Source: Minisyncoccota bacterium
GTDB taxonomy: Bacteria > Patescibacteriota > Minisyncoccia > UBA6257 > GWB1-50-10
Assembly (NCBI GenBank): GCA_020059915.1
Contig: JAGVBB010000003.1
Location: 160,610-224,609, forward strand
Reading direction: 5' to 3'
DNA: 64,000 nucleotides
A program made the position numbers and the translations under genes. The notes under the pieces were generated by a model. The model was not told where the DNA came from. It saw only the letters and a list, made by a program, of their open reading frames with translations, and made no database searches. Shown here piece by piece: positions 19,401 to 28,400 of this stretch. The stretch's first letter is position 1. Each line of letters begins with the position of its first letter.

Positions 19401-19642
19401 GAATTGTTGCATCTATTCAAAAATATGTAACAAAAAAACAAACGACTATGTATTTTGTAACCCTTGAAGACCTGAGTGATACATTGGAACTACTCGTATT
19501 TGATGAGGCAATAAAACGAAATCAAGATCTTTGGGTTGAGGGAAAAGCCATTGCTGTAGTTGGACGTCTTAGTTGGAAAAATGATGAAACAAAATTCATT
19601 GTTGACGACGCACGCGGACTTCCCACACCAAAAGAAACATAA
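16451..19642 (+). CDS. dnaE: DNA polymerase III alpha subunit
   Basis: PHP HLHVHSHYSLLDG, GPGRGSAAGS, PDIDTDF, GFNRSHA; no intein. Confidence 0.98.
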   Translation: MSKFIHLHVHSHYSLLDGLAKIDDLIKRAKELKMDSLALTDHGNLYGAIEFYKKAKKAGIKPILGVEAYVAPHSRFDKRAKVDDARYHLILLAKNETGWKNILKLVTLSNLEGFYYKPRIDKDILKEHSDGIVCLSGCYSGEISHLVARKQIAEARAVALWYKETFGENFYIEIQKHSPDLHAPLIALGKELGIGVVATQDVHYTNKDDQMAHEILLAVQTASRLDDEDRLSLKNYDISLSSAEEMETAFSHIPKALENSVKIAEQCNVTLELGKVLLPKYVPPDPMMSAFDYLKQLTYERIKNRYPEITPEIEDRLKLELDVIERTGYADYFLIVQDYINWAKDHGIVVGPGRGSAAGSIVTYILRITNIDPLKYDLLFERFLNPDRIQMPDIDTDFTDVRRDEVLSYVREKYGNDKVAQIITFGSMAARAAIRDVGRATGVPYAVCDELSKMIPFNPTQGMKEGWIDECLNVVPEFKEKYEKDPQAKKLIDSAKKLEGVARHASVHACGVVIAPEPLTNYMSLQKAPQGEDAIITQFEMHAVEDVGILKMDFLGLKNLTIIEYTLRLIREYHGIDLDIDTLPLDSDKAFELFRTGDTTGVFQFESSGMKRYLKELKPTELEDIIAMVALYRPGPMDLIPSYILRKHGKEEVTYLHPKLEPILGKTYGVGIYQEQMMRIARDLAGFTLAEADTLRKAIGKKIKELLAEQQGKLINGMIHNGIDKETAEAIWELFPPFARYGFNRSHAACYALIAYQTAYLKAHYPIEFMTSLLNISGTDVDRINFLVGEAKHLKIKVLPPDINTSVKEFAVDGTNIRFGLTAIKGVGVGVVDAIIESRNRMGPFLNLTDFLNRIHNRDLNKKSIEAFAKAGAFDSFEIKRADILENIEDILEFNQGVRKSASANQSSLFGKDSHIHQLKLKPAQHDIPKAEMLRWEKELLGLYISDHPFTPYREILKEKIPTLSDVLKIPKNGDRGPRIWIAGIVASIQKYVTKKQTTMYFVTLEDLSDTLELLVFDEAIKRNQDLWVEGKAIAVVGRLSWKNDETKFIVDDARGLPTPKET

Positions 19643-19769
19643 ATGTTATTAAAGGATTGAAGTATTGAAAATTTAAAAATTTTTAGACTGACTTTATTCA
19701 CACTCTGTTGAAAACCCCATAGGTGCGACCTTTTTGCTATCTCATTGGGGTCATTCCCACATCCTCCTC

Positions 19770-19795
19770 GTCATTCCCGCGAATGCGGGAATCCA
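19770..19795. repeat. ATTCCC-N8-GGGAAT hairpin (dRS3-like)
   Basis: GTCATTCCCGCGAATGCGGGAATCCA; partial GTCATTCCC copy at 19750. Confidence 0.7.
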
Positions 19796-19834
19796 TTGTT
19801 TCGAATTTTGTCCTTTACTCCTCAATCTTTCAAT

Positions 19835-19854
19835 CCTGCCTGCCGGTAGGCAGG
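19835..19854. repeat. 20-bp CCTGCC...GGCAGG palindromic repeat
   Basis: CCTGCCTGCCGGTAGGCAGG inside a TTCAAT periodic tract. Confidence 0.85.
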
Positions 19855-19950
19855 CTTCAATCCTTCAATTTTTCAATTCTTTCTGCTATCCTCAAAAAAC
19901 CCTTTATTTATCATCATTTTTCCCCCTATCCTTTGTGGCTTGTGGGGGTA

Positions 19951-19979
19951 TTGACTTTTTTATGAAATGGGTGTATACT
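19951..19979 (+). promoter_or_regulatory. Sigma70 promoter TTGACT-N17-TATACT
   Basis: Near-consensus, upstream of ORF 20048. Confidence 0.7.
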
Positions 19980-20047
19980 ATAGGTACAACAGTGATAGAA
20001 GATAACTGTTATTAACAAATTAATATTAAAAATCTTAGGAGGTTCAA

Positions 20048-20476
20048 GTGGAAAATCTATTATTGATTGCCGTCGTCGTATTAGCAATTGCAGTTGTAGC
20101 TCTCTACAACAAAAAAGAAAAATTCGGTCTTAACCAATTTTCAGCAATGCGCGCCGAAGCAAAGGCAAAATATGGTGAAAATTACAAAAGTGCACTTGCT
20201 GGCGCAAAGTTAGCAATAAAGTACATGTCAAAAGTAAATTTTACCGCAGATGCTGAAGCTAAAACACTAGTCTCAAATCACAGTGCTGCTGCTGCTAAGT
20301 TTAATCAAACTGCAATAGAAGAACTTGATTCAGCAAAGATACAAGCAGCCGAACTTGAGAAACAAGCAGCTCAAGCAAGAAAAGAAGGCGAAGAAGCATT
20401 CGAAGAAAATATCGCAAAAGCTAATAACGAAGCTGCAACCGCAAAGAAATACAACGATATTCTTGCAGATATGTAA
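20048..20476 (+). CDS. Membrane-anchored Ala/Lys-rich coiled-coil protein
   Basis: AGGAGG SD, N-terminal TM, own terminator about 20505-20532. Confidence 0.75.
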   Translation: MENLLLIAVVVLAIAVVALYNKKEKFGLNQFSAMRAEAKAKYGENYKSALAGAKLAIKYMSKVNFTADAEAKTLVSNHSAAAAKFNQTAIEELDSAKIQAAELEKQAAQARKEGEEAFEENIAKANNEAATAKKYNDILADM

Positions 20477-20571
20477 TCCCTCCACCGATTTTCCCCTATT
20501 TACAGCCCCGTGCAATGCACGGGCGCTTTTTTATTGCACACTTTCCTTCCTTAGCGTTATAATTCTGAGTA

Positions 20572-22446
20572 ATGGCCATGAAACAGAAAAAGTCCTCAGA
20601 ATCAATAAAGGACAAATCCCTCGACCCCGCTCGAGATAAACAATTACACAACGTTCGCCACTCACTTTCTCACCTGCTTGCAACAGCAGTTCTTGAAACA
20701 TATCCAGATACCAAGCTTGGTATTGGCCCAGTTATTGAAAATGGTTTTTATTATGATTTTGAATTTTCAAAACCAATAACGGACGAAATTCTTTCCGTGC
20801 TTGAAAAACGGATGAGAGAGCTGGTAAAAGAAAAACTGACATTTTCAAAGAAATCAATTACTCCCGCAGAAGTAACAAAGAAGTTCAAAAACGCTCCATA
20901 CAAAAAAGAACTTATTGCAGATTTAAAGAAACAGAAAAAGCCCCTATCAATATATGAAACCGCGCGCGGAACGGGAAAAAATAAGATGGTTGTATTTATG
21001 GATCTCTGTTCTGGCCCACACGTGAAAAATACATCAGAGATTCCTGTAGATGCATTTAAATTGATGTCTATTGCGGGAGCATACTGGAGAGGAGATGAAA
21101 AGAATAAAATGCTCACCCGTATCTACGGAGTAGCATTTGAATCAAAAAAAGAGCTTGATGAATACATCCATCGAATGGAGGAGGCAGCAAAGCGCGATCA
21201 CAGAAAACTTGGAAAAGAGTTGGATCTCTTTCATATGGATGAGATGGTTGGACTTGGTCTTCCGTTGTGGCATCCAAAGGGAGCTCTTCTTTGGAGAATT
21301 ATTGAAGAATTTTGGTATCAAAAACATCTAGAAAATGGATATGACCTCGTGCGTTCTCCTCACATTGGGAACCGATCACTGTGGGAAATATCGGGACACT
21401 GGGGATTTTATAACAAATCAATGTATCCTCCAATCGAAGCGGGACAAACTCTGGAAGAAAAACAACAAAATAAGAAGGCAGAATTTTCGGAAGAATATCT
21501 TCTAAAACCAATGAACTGTCCGTTCCACGTCCAAATTTACAAGAGTAATATTCGTTCGTATCGTGATCTCCCCTATCGTTGGGCAGAATGTGGAACTGTA
21601 TACCGATTTGAAAAGAAAGGAGAACTCTCTGGTCTTACCCGCGTTCGAGGATTCACACAAGATGATGCACACATTATGTGCCGAAAAGATCAAATTGAAG
21701 ATGAGTTGAAATTAGTTATCGATTTCATTCTCTTTATTTATAAATCATTCGGTTTTGATATTGATAAGATACACGTATTCCTCTCACTCCGCGATCCAAA
21801 GAACAAGAAAAAATATTCAGGAAACGATGCGGGATGGAATTTTACAGAAACTGTTCTTCGTAAGGTTGCAAAAGAAAAGAAATTGAATTTCAAAGAAGAA
21901 CTTGGAGAGGCAGCGTTTTATGGACCAAAACTTGATTTTAAAATTGAAGACGCAATCGGAAGGCAGTGGCAATGTTCAACGCTTCAGTTTGACTTCAATC
22001 TTCCTGCACGATTTAAAATGTCTTTTATTAACGACAAAGGAAAGGAGGAACAACCATTTATGCTCCACCGTGCTCTTTTTGGATCATATGAGCGCTTCAT
22101 TGGACTTCTCATTGAGCACTACGCGGGAAACTTCCCTGTCTGGCTGGCACCAAAACAGGTTCGCATACTCCCCGTGAGCGAGCGACACGCTGATTATGCA
22201 CATGAAGTCGCACAAGAATGTAAAGCAAATGGAATACGGGTCGAGGTTGATGATGCTTCAGAAACGCTTGGAAAAAGGATAAGAAGTTCTGAAATGGAAA
22301 AAATCCCCTACACTATCGTTGTGGGAGATAAGGAAATTGAATCAAAATCGGTGAATGTCCGTACACGACATCAAAAAGAAACAGAAACAATTTCAACAAA
22401 AGAATGTATTGAGAAAATAAAGAAGGTAATTGAAGAAAAGAAATAA
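20572..22446 (+). CDS. thrS: Threonine--tRNA ligase
   Basis: RHSLSHLL, RDHRKLGKEL, KPMNCP, AAFYGPKLD. Confidence 0.98.
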   Translation: MAMKQKKSSESIKDKSLDPARDKQLHNVRHSLSHLLATAVLETYPDTKLGIGPVIENGFYYDFEFSKPITDEILSVLEKRMRELVKEKLTFSKKSITPAEVTKKFKNAPYKKELIADLKKQKKPLSIYETARGTGKNKMVVFMDLCSGPHVKNTSEIPVDAFKLMSIAGAYWRGDEKNKMLTRIYGVAFESKKELDEYIHRMEEAAKRDHRKLGKELDLFHMDEMVGLGLPLWHPKGALLWRIIEEFWYQKHLENGYDLVRSPHIGNRSLWEISGHWGFYNKSMYPPIEAGQTLEEKQQNKKAEFSEEYLLKPMNCPFHVQIYKSNIRSYRDLPYRWAECGTVYRFEKKGELSGLTRVRGFTQDDAHIMCRKDQIEDELKLVIDFILFIYKSFGFDIDKIHVFLSLRDPKNKKKYSGNDAGWNFTETVLRKVAKEKKLNFKEELGEAAFYGPKLDFKIEDAIGRQWQCSTLQFDFNLPARFKMSFINDKGKEEQPFMLHRALFGSYERFIGLLIEHYAGNFPVWLAPKQVRILPVSERHADYAHEVAQECKANGIRVEVDDASETLGKRIRSSEMEKIPYTIVVGDKEIESKSVNVRTRHQKETETISTKECIEKIKKVIEEKK

Positions 22447-22642
22447 AAAATCCCCCGCTCCTGCGGGGGTTTTAAGTGTTTCTAATAATATAATATTTTA
22501 ACGTCGCTGAATTTTTGCTTTTTTTTCATTTTGGCTCCAAGGCCACTGTTAAGTAAATCCGGAAAAGAATTCCATCCTGCCCTCCTTTCTTGTTAGCCAG
22601 TTCCTGTCCGATCTTTTTTACCTCTTCCCAAAGGATAATCTA

Positions 22643-22768
22643 CTAAGAAATGTAGTCCTCGGGATCAAAAAACTTTTTGCGCGACTTCCAAACAAACGCG
22701 CCAATACCAACAATTGCCAAGCCAGCGAGGCCAGCAAAAATAGATCTTTTGTGTTTTAGTAACGTCAC
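22643..22768 (-). CDS. Small single-TM protein, 41 aa
   Basis: Hand-translated MTLLKHKRSIFAGLAGLAIVGIGAFVWKSRKKFFDPEDYIS; AGGAG SD and TTGACA upstream. Confidence 0.5.
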   Translation of the reverse strand: MTLLKHKRSIFAGLAGLAIVGIGAFVWKSRKKFFDPEDYIS

Positions 22769-22977
22769 CGTACAACTCCTTTTTAATTGGAAATGTTCAA
22801 ACTTTTATGCATTTAAAATGCCTATATACAATAGCACCTAATGTCTATAGTGTCAATATCTCTTCATAAACACATCTCATGGGTAGACTTTAGAGATTTA
22901 GTCTGCCCATGAGATGTGTTTATTCATTTTTGATGAATATATCTATAATGATTTAATTTTTCCTGTTACTATACAGA

Positions 22978-23877
22978 ATGATGAAGGAACCAAGAATTTT
23001 TGTAATAGTTGGCCCAACGGCAAGTGGAAAAAGCGATTGTGCTGTTTTAATTGCAAAAAAGGTAAATGGAGAAATCATTTCAGCCGACTCACGTCAGGTG
23101 TATAAGGGAATGAATTTAGGTACGGGGAAAATAACAAAAAAAGAAATGGCTGGAATCCCCCATCATCTTCTTGATACAACAAACCCATGGAACGAATTTT
23201 CCGTTTCTAGATATAAACGCTTGGGAAGAAAAATAATCATAGAAATTATACAACGAGGAAAAACACCAATTGTTTGTGGTGGAACGGGCCACTATATTGA
23301 GGCACTTGTTGATGGGTTAATCATTCCAGAGGTAAGGCCAGATAAACAACTAAGAAAAGTGTTACAAAATAAAACTCCGCAAGAATTATTCAAACAACTA
23401 CAAAAACTTGATCCAGAGCGCGCATCCACTATCGATATGCACAATCCACGAAGACTTGTGCGAGCAATTGAAATTGCTACACATTTAGGACGTGTTCCCC
23501 AAAAACAATATGACCCACTCCCCTACAAGACACTATGGATTGGGATTTCAAAAGAAAAAGAAGAACTAGAAAAGCGAATACACACTCGACTTCTTTCACG
23601 AATAAAAAAAGGGATGATACAAGAGATTCAAAATCTACATGACGGAAAATTAGGAAGGTCTGTCTCTTGGAAAAAACTTGATAATTTTGGATTGGAATAT
23701 CGCTATGTTTCAAGGCATCTTAGAGGATTGATCACAAAAGAAGAAATGATTCATCAACTTGAAAAAGAAATAATTGATTATTCAAAGCGCCAACATACGT
23801 GGTTTAAACGAAACAAACGTATTCAATGGATAAACAATGAAAAGGGAATTGAAGAAATACTAAACTCTAATTCCTAA
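22978..23877 (+). CDS. miaA: tRNA dimethylallyltransferase
   Basis: GPTASGKS, ISADSRQVY, GGTGHY, YSKRQHTWF. Confidence 0.97.
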   Translation: MMKEPRIFVIVGPTASGKSDCAVLIAKKVNGEIISADSRQVYKGMNLGTGKITKKEMAGIPHHLLDTTNPWNEFSVSRYKRLGRKIIIEIIQRGKTPIVCGGTGHYIEALVDGLIIPEVRPDKQLRKVLQNKTPQELFKQLQKLDPERASTIDMHNPRRLVRAIEIATHLGRVPQKQYDPLPYKTLWIGISKEKEELEKRIHTRLLSRIKKGMIQEIQNLHDGKLGRSVSWKKLDNFGLEYRYVSRHLRGLITKEEMIHQLEKEIIDYSKRQHTWFKRNKRIQWINNEKGIEEILNSNS

Positions 23878-23959
23878 ATACTAAACAATATATAAATTCA
23901 AATATTTTTGGGTTTAGATTTTTGAATTTGTTTAGGATTTATAAATTCGTGCTTAGAGT

Positions 23960-25390
23960 TTATTCACTAAGTTTCTTCTCAAACAAAACTTTTAATATAT
24001 CTGGACTTGCCTGCCCCTTTGTGCGGGCCATTCCCTGTCCCACAAGAAACTGAATCGAATTCATCTTTCCCTTTTTAAAATCTTCTATTGCTTTTGGATT
24101 CTTTGAAAGTATCTCCTCAATGACTGGCATAAGTTCTTCTTCTCCACCAATGACACGAATACCACCTTCTCTCATAATTACCTCTGGATCCTCTCCTGTT
24201 TCAAACATCTTCACAAGTATGTCTTTTGCAAGACGACTAGATAATTTTCCATCATCAACCAAACGAACAAGATCGGCAAAATTTTCTGGAGTAATTTTTA
24301 ATTGATCAAATCCAACATTTTTTACATTCATCAGTCCCTTAAGATCACTTGTTAAATAGTTTGCGAGTAATACTATATTTGGATCCTTTTCTTCAGTACG
24401 AAGTTCTGAGACTGCATTTTCAAAATAATTTGCCCATTCCGGTTGATCAATAAGTAATTCAACTAAATCTTTTGATAATCCATACTGAACAACCAAACGA
24501 TCTCGCTTTGCTTCTGGTAACTCGGGAAGCCCTCTCTTCATACCTTCTATGTCCCAACTTGATAAATCTATTGGCGCAAGATCTGGCTCGGGAAAATAGC
24601 GATAATCGTGTGCTGATTCTTTTGAGCGCTGGCTTTCTGTTATTCTCTTAACATCATTCCATCCACGTGTTTCTTGATGTATTGTTCCTCCAGATTCCAA
24701 AACCTCTTCCTGTCTTTGTAATTCAAATAGAATCGCATCATGTACCGCACGAAATGAATTTATATTTTTTACCTCAACCTTCGTCCCCAATTCTCCCGAC
24801 TTTTTACTAATTGATATATTTGCCTCAACGCGCATCTGTCCCTTTTCCATATCTGCATCGGAAATTCCGAGATATCGAACAATTCGCTGTAGTTCTTTTG
24901 CAAAAGCAACTGCCTCATCAGCATTTTTTATATCTGGTTCCGTTACCAACTCCATGAGTGGCGACCCCGCACGATTATAGTCAACATATGTTGCATCTGC
25001 TTTTTTTCCCGCAATATCATGCAACAATCGTCCAGCGTCTTCTTCTAAATGTACTCGAGTGATTCGAATCCCATGTAACATACCATGAGAAACAAATGGT
25101 TCATCATATTGGGAAATTTGATACCCCTTCGGAAGATCGGGATAAAAATAACTCTTTCTATCAAAATGTGATGTTGTTGCAATAGCCCCATTGAGTGCCA
25201 AACCAAGACGCACTACAGCGCGAATGGCCTCCTCATTTGCAACAGGAATGGTCCCTGGATGCGCCAAACAAACCGGACATACATTTATGTTCGGATTGCC
25301 ATCCTCAAACGAATTTGGACAAGAACAAAACATTTTCGTTTTGGTCTTCACAATCATATGGATTTCAAGTCCAATAGTCGGAATATACAT
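23960..25390 (-). CDS. gatB: Asp/Glu-tRNA amidotransferase subunit B
   Basis: IGLEIH, YFYPDLPKGYQISQ, DYRYFPEPDL. Confidence 0.98.
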   Translation of the reverse strand: MYIPTIGLEIHMIVKTKTKMFCSCPNSFEDGNPNINVCPVCLAHPGTIPVANEEAIRAVVRLGLALNGAIATTSHFDRKSYFYPDLPKGYQISQYDEPFVSHGMLHGIRITRVHLEEDAGRLLHDIAGKKADATYVDYNRAGSPLMELVTEPDIKNADEAVAFAKELQRIVRYLGISDADMEKGQMRVEANISISKKSGELGTKVEVKNINSFRAVHDAILFELQRQEEVLESGGTIHQETRGWNDVKRITESQRSKESAHDYRYFPEPDLAPIDLSSWDIEGMKRGLPELPEAKRDRLVVQYGLSKDLVELLIDQPEWANYFENAVSELRTEEKDPNIVLLANYLTSDLKGLMNVKNVGFDQLKITPENFADLVRLVDDGKLSSRLAKDILVKMFETGEDPEVIMREGGIRVIGGEEELMPVIEEILSKNPKAIEDFKKGKMNSIQFLVGQGMARTKGQASPDILKVLFEKKLSE

Positions 25391-25533
25391 AATTAATTAG
25401 GTCAAAATGCAAAAATCAAACCTCAAAAGCACCGAAAATACATAATGACAATTAAGTATATTATCAAGGTTCAAAAAATAAAAGTCAAAAAAATCCCGTC
25501 TGCCTTGAGCACGACGGGATTAAGAATTAATTA

Positions 25534-25875
25534 TTATTTTTTGTACTTTTTCTTTAACATTGAGTGAACTTTACCAATAAAGATATCATTAAGCTTGCTT
25601 TCTGCCTCCAACGCGTTGCCACGCACGGCGAGATCGTCACTTAGATTAAATGATATGAAATCTTGAGAAAACGGAACTGACTGTATCCAAAGCTTCATAT
25701 GTTGGAAACTTCGTTCTACTGGTCGCTTTGACTCTAATGCTTTTTTTATCTCTTCCATATCTGATGTATGGACGTAGCGAATTAGATTTCCACCAACTAC
25801 TGTATCAAAGACTCTAATGACATCTTGAAGCATCTCAAAAGTAAACTCTTTTAAAGATATTTTAATCACTTCCAT
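25534..25875 (-). CDS. Hypothetical protein
   Basis: Clean ORF with a weak SD and a downstream hairpin. Confidence 0.6.
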   Translation of the reverse strand: MEVIKISLKEFTFEMLQDVIRVFDTVVGGNLIRYVHTSDMEEIKKALESKRPVERSFQHMKLWIQSVPFSQDFISFNLSDDLAVRGNALEAESKLNDIFIGKVHSMLKKKYKK

Positions 25876-25980
25876 TATATATTCCTTTTTTTATGAACAA
25901 ATGTACAGTAAATCTTTTTTATCATTCCGTCAATTAAAAATCCCCGCCCGCTTTAACGCGACGGGGATTGATTATTCCCC

Positions 25981-26826
25981 CTATCTTATAGAAAGAAGGT
26001 TCTGTAATTGTAGAAGAGCATCTTTAAATACCAAATCTTCATTTTGTTCCCCATTAATACAATGGATATTTTTGTATCCAACTTCTGGGTACATCTTGAA
26101 AAATTCAATTGCTTTCTTGTAACTCTGAATAATTCTTCCGATGGTTTCCGCCTCCTCATAAATATCAAGTACCTTTCCCGACTTACTCAATCGTTCAACA
26201 CATACCGGTACAGGAACATCAAGATAGAACATGATATCTGGTTTGATATAAAAGTCTCCCAAAACAATCTGATGAATCTTGAGATTCTCTTCAAAAGAGA
26301 ATCCATTTGCATCCCCATGTGCAAATGAAGTAAATCGTTCACGATCTTTTACATCACTTACTCCGGCCTTAATTGCAGGAATTACTGTCTCCTTAAAATC
26401 AAAAAGCCCATCAGCACAATATAGTGCCTGCATCGTTTTTTCATCAAGTGATTTGCCCTCAATAATTAAACTATGTGCGTTATAAAGTGTCGTTATGAAT
26501 TGGCTTGAAATAATCGTATCTTCTTCTTTATCAGATCCAATCACATTTAACAGACAAATTTTTTTGAGCTCCTTTAGCTTAACCAAATAATTTCGAATCA
26601 TTTCATCGGTTGGCATCCTACGCTCAATAAGTTCGCGAATAACAACTCCAATTGGATTTCCTTTCGATTCAAAATCTCCAACCTCAGACTGACTTTTTTT
26701 TGTTGGTTGGGTGTTTAAGACCGCTGGCATTCCAGAATCTTTGATATACTGGAAGATCTTTTTTGCAAGCGTTGACTTACCGGAACCATTTGGCCCCTCG
26801 ATGCTTATATAGATTGCCTTTTTCAT
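25981..26826 (-). CDS. tmk: Thymidylate kinase-like protein with internal insertion
   Basis: ISIEGPNGSGKST, DR..TS.AH, KPDIMFYLDVP. Confidence 0.8.
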   Translation of the reverse strand: MKKAIYISIEGPNGSGKSTLAKKIFQYIKDSGMPAVLNTQPTKKSQSEVGDFESKGNPIGVVIRELIERRMPTDEMIRNYLVKLKELKKICLLNVIGSDKEEDTIISSQFITTLYNAHSLIIEGKSLDEKTMQALYCADGLFDFKETVIPAIKAGVSDVKDRERFTSFAHGDANGFSFEENLKIHQIVLGDFYIKPDIMFYLDVPVPVCVERLSKSGKVLDIYEEAETIGRIIQSYKKAIEFFKMYPEVGYKNIHCINGEQNEDLVFKDALLQLQNLLSIR

Positions 26827-26923
26827 ATATCCTCCTATGAAATTATAAATGTTATCTAATTAAAAGTATGCCTTTTATCTTTAAAAAGTAAAGTAGACAA
26901 CTATATTTTTTTGTATTAAAAAT

Positions 26924-26947
26924 CCCGCTAGTTCATGAACTGGCGGG
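26924..26947. repeat. CCCGC-CATG-GCGGG hairpin family member / terminator
   Basis: CCCGCTAGTTCATGAACTGGCGGG with flanking A and T tracts. Confidence 0.7.
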
Positions 26948-26954
26948 GTTTTTA

Positions 26955-27112
26955 TTAGTCTATAATTTCTATTCCCACTTTCCGTCGCTCGTAATTCACT
27001 CGCTCCATAAAACCCATCGGTTTTATTATTTCCGCCATGGGGAAACTACAGTTTCCCCAACACCCCTTCGACGGAATATGTGTATAGAAATTAAAAAACC
27101 CTTTCGGGTTTT
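26955..27112 (-). mobile_element. Gene-3'-end cassette C, downstream of rplK
   Basis: Direct copy 26955-26984 vs 27113-27142 (27/30); inverted copy 27072-27093 (20/22); core motifs shared with cassette D. Confidence 0.7.
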
Positions 27113-27538
27113 TTAGTCAATAATTTCTATTCCCATATTCCGGGCGCTACCTTCGATGATTCTCATTGCTGCCTCTACATCGTGTGCATTGAGATCTTCC
27201 ATCTTCTTCTCTGCAATTTCACGAAGTTGTGCCTTTGTTACTTTTCCAACTTTCTTTGTGTGGGGGGTTGCTGAACCCTTCTCAACACCTGCAAATTTAC
27301 GAAGAAGCGCTGATGAAGGCGAGGTTTTGAGTTTGAATTCAAACGTTCGATCTTCGAAAATGGTAATCTCTGCAGGAATAATATCCCCAGGAAACTCTTG
27401 TGTTGCGGCATTAAATTGCTGACAAAACTGTGCAATATTTACACCGTGCTGACCAAGTGCTGGACCTATTGGTGGAGCCGGATTTGCCTTCCCTGCTTCA
27501 ATTTGAAGTTTTAATACTGTTTTTATCGGTTTTCCCAT
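27113..27538 (-). CDS. rplK: 50S ribosomal protein L11
   Basis: [32 protein letters not shown]. Confidence 0.98.
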   Translation of the reverse strand: MGKPIKTVLKLQIEAGKANPAPPIGPALGQHGVNIAQFCQQFNAATQEFPGDIIPAEITIFEDRTFEFKLKTSPSSALLRKFAGVEKGSATPHTKKVGKVTKAQLREIAEKKMEDLNAHDVEAAMRIIEGSARNMGIEIID

Positions 27539-27593
27539 AATAATATAATCCGAGTGTTAGCTTATCCTGAAATCGAGTTTTCGTCAAACAACA

Positions 27594-28163
27594 TTAGATT
27601 TTACGCACCTGTAATGAATCAAGCTCTAAAAGAGTATCACGTCCAAATATAGGGACTAATACCTTTATTTTCCCATGCTCTTCATCAATTTCAGCAACCT
27701 TTCCTTCCTGCTCCTTGAACGGTCCGTCGGTAATGTGAACAACATCATCAACTTTAAGGTCCACGGTGAATTTTGTTGTCTCTTCGCCTTCCATCTTTGA
27801 AAGAAGCGTACTCACTTCCTCGTTTGAAAGTGGCGTCGGTGTTGTGGTGTCGGCACCGATAAATCCAGTTACTCTCGGTGTGTTGCGAACAACGGACCAA
27901 GAATCATGATCAAGAATCATATCAACAAGGACATATCCAGGATAAATTTTTTCCTCCATGGTATATCGTTTCCCTCCCTTTACTTTTATCTTTACTTCTT
28001 TTGGAACAATGACATTGAATATCTTGTCAGTCATAAACATTGATTCAATACGTTGCTTTAAATAACGCACCACAGCATCTTCATATCCTGAGTAGGTATG
28101 AATTGCATACCAATGTCTCTCTTTTGAGAGCTTCATATTTTCATTTTTTTTTGGTTCAGCCAT
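27594..28163 (-). CDS. nusG: Transcription factor NusG
   Basis: WYAIHTYSGYE, YPGYVLV, KOW DGPF. Confidence 0.97.
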   Translation of the reverse strand: MAEPKKNENMKLSKERHWYAIHTYSGYEDAVVRYLKQRIESMFMTDKIFNVIVPKEVKIKVKGGKRYTMEEKIYPGYVLVDMILDHDSWSVVRNTPRVTGFIGADTTTPTPLSNEEVSTLLSKMEGEETTKFTVDLKVDDVVHITDGPFKEQEGKVAEIDEEHGKIKVLVPIFGRDTLLELDSLQVRKI

Positions 28164-28180
28164 AGTTAATTATTTTTTTA

Positions 28181-28369
28181 TTATCCAACTACAAGATCTT
28201 GAAGTACATAGACAAACCCATAATCAAGAACACCTAAAAATATTGCAAATAAAACTGAAAAAACAATCACAAAAAGTGTATATCGTATTGTTTCATCTTT
28301 TGTTGGCCAGTTTACTCGCTTTAATTCCTGGCGTGATTCCTGTAAAAATGCACGAATTTTCTGTCCCAT
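28181..28369 (-). CDS. secE: Preprotein translocase SecE
   Basis: ELKRVNWPT plus TM helix; upstream of nusG. Confidence 0.95.
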   Translation of the reverse strand: MGQKIRAFLQESRQELKRVNWPTKDETIRYTLFVIVFSVLFAIFLGVLDYGFVYVLQDLVVG

Positions 28370-28400
28370 AATGTATGTATTGAATATACCAAGAAATCAG

